A stretch of 24,000 nt of DNA from Hyphomonadaceae bacterium. Its GTDB lineage: Bacteria > Pseudomonadota > Alphaproteobacteria > Caulobacterales > Aquidulcibacteraceae. Below the pieces are notes generated by a model. That model saw only the letters and a list, made by a program, of their open reading frames with translations, ran no database searches and had not been told where the DNA came from. The position numbers and the translations under genes were made by a program. The DNA lies in contig JAEUMP010000012.1 of the NCBI GenBank assembly GCA_016791445.1, positions 14,949 to 38,948 of the forward strand, read 5' to 3'. Of the stretch, positions 8,424-14,594 are shown piece by piece; the stretch's first letter is position 1, and each line of letters begins with the position of its first letter.

Positions 8424-8526
8424 GTTCACCTCCATGGTGCGGCCGCCGTTTGCGGCCACGAACACGATCGCGCCGACCTGCAGTGCTTCCCAGTCAACTC
8501 TGGTGAATGTTTCGTGCGATGTCCGC

Positions 8527-9219
8527 TCAGTCGCCGTTTCCGCCGAGCGCGCGCAGGACGGCGCGCTCGCGCAACAGCTTTGCCGCTTTCACGCGTCTGC
8601 CATGATAGCGTCGCAGCGCCGCCCGCAGCGACGAGGCCGCCCCCTGCCGAAGACGCGCGGCGAGGTCGTCGAGTTCGCGATCGACATCGCCAAAGAGCTC
8701 GGCCTCCGCGCGCCTTGCGGCATGAAGACGGTCATCGGCATTGACGCCCGCGCGCCTGAGTTCAGGATTGGCGCGCCCCTCCACCGATTGCAGGATCGCC
8801 GCCACACGCAACGGATAGCCGGAGTTCGCTTCAACGCCCGTAGCAGCGCCGCCTGCAACGAGGGCGCCCGCTGCAGGCACATCCACGACAGCGTCATTCG
8901 CGATAGCGTCCTTCGCAACCGGGACCGCGTCGGCGTGCGTTGCGAGCGCGCCCGCCGCCAGCCAGGCGCGCCACTCATAGAGCGCGCGCAGTTCACTTTC
9001 GCTCCAGAGCGAAACGAAAAAGCCCCTGCTCGGTCGCGCGGTGATCAGACGTTCCGCAGCGAGCCGCACGAGCGCTTCGCGCACAGGCGTGCTGCTTGCG
9101 CCCAGTCCATCGGCCAGCGCGCCGACATCGAGACGCGCATGCAGGCGATAGTCGCCGGCAAGGAGCCGGCGACGTATCTCGTGATAGACACGATCGCTGA
9201 CAGGCGGATCAGCCGCCAT
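8527..9219 (-). CDS. GntR-family transcriptional regulator
   Basis: The N-terminal wHTH (SDRVYHEIRRRLLAGDYRLHARLDVGALADGLGASSTPVREALVRLAAERLITARPSRGFFV) matches the GntR signature and is followed by a helical effector domain. I prefer the ATG at 9219 (MAADPP...) over the track start at 9264. That start overlaps the stop of the upstream dioxygenase gene by 11 nt. Confidence 0.85.
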   Translation of the reverse strand: MAADPPVSDRVYHEIRRRLLAGDYRLHARLDVGALADGLGASSTPVREALVRLAAERLITARPSRGFFVSLWSESELRALYEWRAWLAAGALATHADAVPVAKDAIANDAVVDVPAAGALVAGGAATGVEANSGYPLRVAAILQSVEGRANPELRRAGVNADDRLHAARRAEAELFGDVDRELDDLAARLRQGAASSLRAALRRYHGRRVKAAKLLRERAVLRALGGNGD

Positions 9220-10174
9220 CCACCGGCTGTGTCTGTGCAGACGCGCCGACCCGATAGTGCGCATCGAGTTCGGCCTGGATGTCCGGCGTCAGCGCGTCGA
9301 TATGGGGCGCGCGTGCGCACGTCTCGCCGAGGGCCGCGATCGGGTCCTGCCCTTCCCAGCCGCCGAGATTGGGACGATGCATCCGGTAGCCGATCAGGCG
9401 CTGCAGTTCCTCGGGAAACGACCGCGCCACGGACGGCGGATAGGCAAGGAACTGGTTTTCATACTGTTTCAGCCAGCCGAGACAGTACGAGACGATGACG
9501 CCCGTGCGCGGGTGCGCCGAGCGGTTGGCGCCGGCGCCATGCGTGAGCGCGCCGATGAAGAGAAGCGCCGAACCGCGCGCCATCGCGCCGGCCACGCTGG
9601 TGTGCGGATCGACCTCGCGGTCGAGCGCCCCGCGATGACTGCCGGGCCAAAGGCGCGTGGCGCCGTTCGCTTCAGTAAAGTCGCTGACCGCCCACATCAC
9701 GTTGAGCAGCCATGGCGTCTCGCCCTTGGGACAGGGCCACATTTCCTCGTCCCGGTGCGGCGCCTGGGCGCGCTCGCCTGGATGCACCTGCACGGCCTGG
9801 GTGAGATTGAGCTGGATGCAGTCGCATGCCGGGGCGAGAAGCGCGTCGGCTATTGCGACAATCACCGGGTGGAGCACGAGCGCGTGCGCCGACGGCGCCT
9901 TGTCGAGAAGTCCCCCGACACGGGTCGTGCGCCAGCCGTAGAAATCGCCCACGCAGCGCGGCGTGGCGGCAAGCCACGGCGCGAGTTCATCGTCGAGGCG
10001 CGCGACATCCTGCGGGTCGATGAGCGCGTCAAGAATGACAAAGCCGTCGCGTCCGAGCGCCGCGAGCGCCGTCTCGACGATCGACTGCAGCTGCGGCGCA
10101 CCGGACGACGTTGCATCGTCCGCTCGGCGGCATGGACCGGTCCCGGCTGGGGTGTTTGCAACAAGAGGGTTCAT
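9209..10174 (-). CDS. Phytanoyl-CoA dioxygenase (PhyH) family Fe(II)/2-oxoglutarate-dependent oxygenase
   Basis: A HxD...H facial triad is visible (QAPHRDEEMW ... GALTHGAGAN), with a downstream Arg (HPRTGVIVSY) and typical PhyH blocks (ANGATRLWPGSH). I prefer the ATG at 10174 (MNPLVAN...), which has GGAG 7 nt upstream, over the track start at 10240. Confidence 0.85.
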   Translation of the reverse strand: MNPLVANTPAGTGPCRRADDATSSGAPQLQSIVETALAALGRDGFVILDALIDPQDVARLDDELAPWLAATPRCVGDFYGWRTTRVGGLLDKAPSAHALVLHPVIVAIADALLAPACDCIQLNLTQAVQVHPGERAQAPHRDEEMWPCPKGETPWLLNVMWAVSDFTEANGATRLWPGSHRGALDREVDPHTSVAGAMARGSALLFIGALTHGAGANRSAHPRTGVIVSYCLGWLKQYENQFLAYPPSVARSFPEELQRLIGYRMHRPNLGGWEGQDPIAALGETCARAPHIDALTPDIQAELDAHYRVGASAQTQPVDGG

Positions 10175-10236
10175 GGAAAATCTCCGTGGTGGGTGGCGTC
10201 GGCATGGATGGGCGCGCCTCGACGCGCCCGCACGGC

Positions 10237-10866
10237 TCACGCCGCCGCCGGCAAGACGGCCGCAGCAAAGCGCGTCATGGGACCAGTGAGGCTGTTGCGT
10301 GCGCGCACGGCGTTCAGCCCCTCCGGGGTGATCGCTGCGGTGATCGCGCGCACGCGTTCACGCCCCATGCGCATTGTCGGTCCAAGCGGCGCTGCGTCCC
10401 AGCCGATCGCCATCGCCAGCGGCGCGAGCGCGGCGCCCGCCACGAAGGTCACACGCTCCATGCCGAAGAGAAGTCCCGTCTCCATGATGCCGGCGATCAT
10501 GCGCGCCAGGAGCGCCTGACGCGGCGCGCCCTTGGCGATCTGCGGCGCAGGACAAAAGCGCGACACTTCCCAGATCCGCGCCCCGCGCGGCACGCCCGTC
10601 ACGCACAGATGCGCAAACACCTCGCTCATGAGATGCGCCCGCGCCGTCGGCAGGAGACGCACCGAACCGGTGACGGCGCCGTCGTGCGCCGCCGTCTCCA
10701 CGAGATAGACCGCATCGGCGGCGTCGAACTGGTCGATCTCAAGCCCCTGCGGCGCCTCAAGTCCCCAGCGCATGCGATCGATGAAAACCGACTTGCGATG
10801 GCGGTGCATCTCCATCAGCGCGTGCCGGAAGAGATGGCGATTGTCTTCGGTGATGATGTGGATCAT
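10237..10866 (-). CDS. Acyl-homoserine-lactone synthase (LuxI family)
   Basis: The 209-aa product shows conserved LuxI blocks: FRHALMEMHRHRKSVFIDRMRWGL, EIDQFD, GSVRLLPT and IWEVSRF. GGAG lies 5 nt upstream of the ATG. Confidence 0.9.
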   Translation of the reverse strand: MIHIITEDNRHLFRHALMEMHRHRKSVFIDRMRWGLEAPQGLEIDQFDAADAVYLVETAAHDGAVTGSVRLLPTARAHLMSEVFAHLCVTGVPRGARIWEVSRFCPAPQIAKGAPRQALLARMIAGIMETGLLFGMERVTFVAGAALAPLAMAIGWDAAPLGPTMRMGRERVRAITAAITPEGLNAVRARNSLTGPMTRFAAAVLPAAA

Positions 10867-10922
10867 GGGCGCTCCGTCGAAAGCCGCCGGAGCATGGGCC
10901 GCCCGTCGCGCGCCGCGATATG

Positions 10923-10936
10923 GGTCCCACAGGACC
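10923..10936. promoter_or_regulatory. 14-bp palindrome GGTCC-CACA-GGACC in the luxR-luxI spacer (candidate operator)
   Basis: This is a perfect 5-bp inverted repeat with a 4-bp spacer, centred about 63 nt upstream of the luxI ATG. It lies in a locally AT-richer patch that also contains TTGTCA on the coding strand. Confidence 0.3.
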
Positions 10937-10956
10937 TCTTGACAAATTTTCCGTGT

Positions 10957-11694
10957 CTAATCCGCCAGATCGTCAATGCGGATCTGGCCGTCGAGCACGG
11001 CGCGCACGACTGCCTGCACCCTGAACGCCACGCCGTAGCGCTTCTTGGCGCGCTCGATGGTGTTGTGGACGGTGCGCTCATGAATGCCCAGCATCCGCCC
11101 GATGACCCAGTCGCTCTTGCCTGCGCCCGCAAGCGCCAGACACTCGCGCTCGCGCGCGCTCAGTGCGGGGCGCAATGCGTGCGCGCCGTCGTCGAGCAAG
11201 GCCCGCGCGCGCTCGTGCGCATAGACCGCCATGAGGAAGACGGCCGGCACCTGAAGGGGATCGACGCCGTCGGGCCCGGGCACCAGCGAACACGAGGCAG
11301 GTAAGGCGCCCGGAGAATGGATGGGGATGGTCAGGCCGTTGGCGAGCCCGATCGCGGCCGCGTCCTGGAGAATGTCGCGCTGCAGACGCGTGAGACGGCG
11401 CCCCTTGAGCACGTCGTCCCAGAAGAACGGCACAGCACTCGTTCGCGCCGCCATGAAGACGGGGTCGTGCGCGGCGTAGTTTTCCGCAGAGAACCGCGCC
11501 AGCCACGCCGCCGGATAATTGATCATGTTCACCGCACCGGGCGGGGGGCGCAACGGATCGACGTGCGAACAACACGCCACATAGGCAAAGCCCATCGCCG
11601 CCATGTCGGCGAACAGGACGTCGCGCACCGCGTCTGCGCTCGCCGCGGCGCGGCACTTCTCCATGAACTCGATCGCGACCCGGCTGGACGGCAT
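10957..11694 (-). CDS. LuxR-family acyl-HSL-responsive transcriptional regulator
   Basis: The N-terminal autoinducer-binding-like domain (GFAYVACCSHVD...YPAAWLARFSAENYAAHDPVF...PFFWDD) is followed by a C-terminal LuxR HTH (LSARERECLALAGAGKSDWVIGRMLGIHERTVHNTIERAKKRYGV). I prefer the ATG at 11694 (MPSSRV), which has GGAG 5 nt upstream, over the TTG at 11796. Confidence 0.9.
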   Translation of the reverse strand: MPSSRVAIEFMEKCRAAASADAVRDVLFADMAAMGFAYVACCSHVDPLRPPPGAVNMINYPAAWLARFSAENYAAHDPVFMAARTSAVPFFWDDVLKGRRLTRLQRDILQDAAAIGLANGLTIPIHSPGALPASCSLVPGPDGVDPLQVPAVFLMAVYAHERARALLDDGAHALRPALSARERECLALAGAGKSDWVIGRMLGIHERTVHNTIERAKKRYGVAFRVQAVVRAVLDGQIRIDDLAD

Positions 11695-11795
11695 GCGTGC
11701 TCCACTGCCGCGCCCCGTCTTGCATTCACACAATCGCGACGCCGGGACGCGGATTGACTGCGCCTCAAGTCGCTGCGGGCGCGCAGTGCAGGACA

Positions 11796-11813
11796 ATGGG
11801 CAAAACTGCCCAT
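11796..11813. promoter_or_regulatory. 18-bp tra-box/lux-box-like palindrome ATGGGCA-AAAC-TGCCCAT
   Basis: This is a perfect 7-bp inverted repeat with a 4-bp spacer. It matches the Agrobacterium TraR tra box ATGTGCAGATCTGCACAT (recalled from memory) at 14 of 18 positions. Its centre is about 110 nt upstream of the luxR ATG. Confidence 0.4.
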
Positions 11814-12307
11814 CGATGGCTCACAACTTCGCATAGTCGTTCACCTTGGCGCGATCTCGTCAGGAATTGCGCACGCGTTTCGGCGAAGCGCGTCTCCTGA
11901 CGCGCGACGCGTCCTTCTGCTGCTGCAAGAGTGCATCCATGTTCGATGGAGGCGGTGTCGGAATGAGCGCGCCGAGCGCCTCCTCGCAGCGCAGGGCCAT
12001 CGCCGCCCTCATCGGATGACCAAAGGTCGACTGCCTCTCAGGACTCATGCCGCTGTCACGCGCGCAGCCCCATGCCGGCACGACGCGCCGCCTCGCTGTG
12101 CGACCAGTTCTCGCCGACGCGGCGGCGCCTGATCGCCACGCCCAATGCAGCGAACAATTCCGGCGCAGTCTTCAACATCGGCCATATATGGCGCATTGAA
12201 CGTCGCAAACCACGTCAATACGCCAAAGATGGCCAATTCCAACACCGCCATCGGAGCGTGCGAACTTCGCGCCCGCGCCCAGCGGATCGGCCCGAACTTT
12301 GATCGCT

Positions 12308-13648
12308 TCAACGCGCTTGTGCGTCCTGCGCCGCCACCGCGCGCGCGAAGGCGCCGAGGCCCGACCAAAGCACCAGAGCCGACAACGGCAGCGCGCACGC
12401 CGCAACGATCGCCATCGCGTATCGCAACATCGCGTCGTCGCGGAACAGGAAGTCGTTCAGCGCGGCGACCGCCATCGGCCCCAGTCCGAGACCGATCAGG
12501 TTCGCCATGAAGAAATAGAGCGCCGTCACCTGCCCCCGAAACGCATTGGGCGTGATCAACTGCAGGGCGGCCCCGGCGACGCCGCCGTGCATGGACGACA
12601 ACAGCACCGCCGGCGCCAGGAGCGCAAAGGCGCCCACAGGGCTCGCCATGAGGGGCGCTGCGACAAAGAAAGGCGCCGACGACGCCACCGCTATGATGAC
12701 GGCGATGAGGTGTCCCGATCGCAGGCCCTTGCGGAACAACAGATCTGCCAGCACACCCCCGAGGATCAAGCCAGCAGCCCCGCCCGCCGCCATGATCACG
12801 CCGAAGATCATGCCGGCGTCAGCCGGCGCCATACCATAGGTGCGGGCAAAGAAGGTCGGGTACCACGCGAGCCCGCCATAGATGACGAAGGTCAGCAACG
12901 ACAGGCCGAGAAAGTGTCCGCCATACGCGCGCCAGCGCGCGCCGACATAAGCAAAGACAGCGCCGAATTTTTCCGCACGCACGCCCTCGCCGCCACGACG
13001 CGCCGGCTCGCGCACGCTCAGCATCAACAGCGCCACCAGAAGTCCAGGCAGACCGACCATGAAGAATACAAGCCGCCAGGGCTCCGTCTCGCCGAGCACA
13101 GGCAATACCGGCGCTGGCGACTGCGTGGCGAATTTGACGACTAGGCCGCCGACGATCAAAGCAATGCCCGATCCCAGCGGCACGCCGATCGAATAGACCG
13201 CCATCGCGCGACCGAGACGGTGCTTCGGGAAGTAGTCGCTCAGCATCGAATAGGCGGCCGGCGACAACGCGGCCTCTCCGACGCCGACGCCCAATCGCGC
13301 CAGGAAGAGTGCGGCATAGGTCGGCGCCAGACCGCACAGCGCCGTCATCACGCTCCAGAAGGCGATGCCGATGCTGATGATCCGCTGGCGGTTGGCGCGG
13401 TCGGCCAGATACCCGAGCGGCAATCCCATCAGCGTATAGAAAGCGGCAAACGCCAGACCATGAAGAATGCTGAATTCGAAGTCAGATATCTGCAGATCCG
13501 CGCGTATCGGCGCCACCAGCAGACTGAGGATCATCCGGTCGATGAAAGAAACCGTGTAGGCCACAAGCAGCACCGCCACAGCCCACCAGGCAAGCGTCGG
13601 CGCAGGCCACGGCGCCTCGCCGCGAGCGGGATCGGTGTGCGTGTCCAT
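12308..13648 (-). CDS. Major facilitator superfamily (MFS) transporter
   Basis: The 446-aa product is polytopic and hydrophobic, with about 12 hydrophobic segments. It carries the MFS loop 2-3 motif (GLPLGYLADRANRQR) and ARLGVGVGEAALSPAA. Confidence 0.9.
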   Translation of the reverse strand: MDTHTDPARGEAPWPAPTLAWWAVAVLLVAYTVSFIDRMILSLLVAPIRADLQISDFEFSILHGLAFAAFYTLMGLPLGYLADRANRQRIISIGIAFWSVMTALCGLAPTYAALFLARLGVGVGEAALSPAAYSMLSDYFPKHRLGRAMAVYSIGVPLGSGIALIVGGLVVKFATQSPAPVLPVLGETEPWRLVFFMVGLPGLLVALLMLSVREPARRGGEGVRAEKFGAVFAYVGARWRAYGGHFLGLSLLTFVIYGGLAWYPTFFARTYGMAPADAGMIFGVIMAAGGAAGLILGGVLADLLFRKGLRSGHLIAVIIAVASSAPFFVAAPLMASPVGAFALLAPAVLLSSMHGGVAGAALQLITPNAFRGQVTALYFFMANLIGLGLGPMAVAALNDFLFRDDAMLRYAMAIVAACALPLSALVLWSGLGAFARAVAAQDAQAR

Positions 13649-13659
13649 GGGCAGTCGCC

Positions 13660-14166
13660 TCAGCAGATTTCAAAGATGGTGTAGCGGACGCCGGCGCCGG
13701 TCCTTCGTCCCAATCCGATCGCCACGGTCCGGTTCAGCCACCCATAGCGCGGGTCGGCCGTCTCAAAGACCGGGGTCACGCGAAAATAATAGCGCTGCGG
13801 ATCCAGGCATTCGACTTCGTCTGGATTCCGGAACACGCCGAGCACGTCCTTCGGTATGACCAGTCTCCCCTGATAGGTCACATAGATGTCCGCATCATCA
13901 TGCGTGCGCCACAGCGACCGCACGTCGATCAGCGTCAGCGCGTCGCCTGCCTCGTCCACGCCAAGTTCCGACCAGTCTCCGCCGCCCGCACACACCACGC
14001 CGCGCACCCGGTCGCCGGTCACGGTCCCCCCGCCGATGTAACTCACGCGCCGGTTGCGCCACGGCGATCGGCCCAGCGCGATCGGCGCATCCTTTTCCAG
14101 CGTAATGTCGGCGACACACAGCGGGCGCGTGATCACCGCTCCAAAATCCTCGATTGCTGTCGTCAT
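13660..14166 (-). CDS. DUF3237-like beta-barrel protein of unknown function
   Basis: Using the ATG at 14166 (MTTAIEDFG...; GGAG upstream) gives 168 aa. The pattern SYIGGGTVTGDRVRGVVCAGGGDWSEL...DVRSLWRTHDDADIYVTYQGR...FRVTPVFET resembles the DUF3237 family. The stop is 11 nt from the MFS start, so the two are probably co-transcribed. Confidence 0.55.
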   Translation of the reverse strand: MTTAIEDFGAVITRPLCVADITLEKDAPIALGRSPWRNRRVSYIGGGTVTGDRVRGVVCAGGGDWSELGVDEAGDALTLIDVRSLWRTHDDADIYVTYQGRLVIPKDVLGVFRNPDEVECLDPQRYYFRVTPVFETADPRYGWLNRTVAIGLGRRTGAGVRYTIFEIC

Positions 14167-14450
14167 GCGTCTGGTCTCCAGCCCTTTGTATGTCGCGCCG
14201 CCTACGGCGCGCTCACGCCACGCCTGCATCTTTGACTTCACTTCCTGAGTTGCATCTTGCCCCGATCTGCGTGGCTGATGCCGCCCCGCCCCGGCTGTTC
14301 GCTCCTGCCCTTCACCCCCGCACTCCACCGCACTTCACCCCGGCGCGTCTCTGCCGAGCCTCGCCGCTGACCTGCGCCCCGCGCGCCAGGCCGCTCACGC
14401 CCCGGTCGCGCGCGTACGAGCGCGCCATATCGCCTGCCGGACGCCCCGCA

Positions 14451-14478
14451 TTGCCAGACGTCGAGAAATCCATAATAT
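14451..14478 (+). promoter_or_regulatory. Candidate sigma70-type promoter TTGCCA-N16-TAATAT for the downstream TonB-dependent receptor
   Basis: The hexamers were read directly, in an AT-richer patch within otherwise GC-rich DNA, about 115 nt upstream of the ATG at 14595. Confidence 0.35.
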
Positions 14479-14485
14479 GCGAAGG

Positions 14486-14505
14486 ATGCTTAGGCTCCTA
14501 AGTAT
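14486..14505. promoter_or_regulatory. Palindromic operator candidate ATgCTTAGG-CT-CCTAAGtAT
   Basis: The perfect core CTTAGG-CT-CCTAAG spans 14489-14502. Extended to 20 bp it has one mismatched pair. It lies immediately downstream of the candidate -10, a repressor-type position. Confidence 0.35.
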
Positions 14506-14594
14506 TTTGTGGGCCTGCAGAAAACCGGCGCAAACAGCCGGAGCAAACACAAACGAGCCCGGGGCCCAGCGCCTCCGGCCAGGGAGGTTAAGAC

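Noticed and set aside
8332-9498. 388-aa plus-strand ORF across the precursor, GntR and PhyH region. ORFs 9257-10519 (+) and 10111-11304 (+) are similar.
   Set aside because: They are antisense to genes with clear GntR, PhyH, LuxI and LuxR signatures. Their products are low-complexity and basic, so they are high-GC artefacts.
14310-14340. Short tandem repeat CCGCACTCCA/CCGCACTTCA, plus a duplicated CTTCACCC, in the divergent DUF3237/receptor control region.
   Set aside because: There are only two 10-bp units in C-rich DNA. That is not distinguishable from chance without conservation data.
14486-14594. I considered a Fur/Irr/RirA box or a cobalamin-type riboswitch in the leader of the second TonB-dependent receptor.
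   Set aside because: The palindrome spacing does not fit the ICE or Fur consensus as I recall them. The leader is too short at about 110 nt and lacks a B12-box-like element. It remains only a generic operator candidate.
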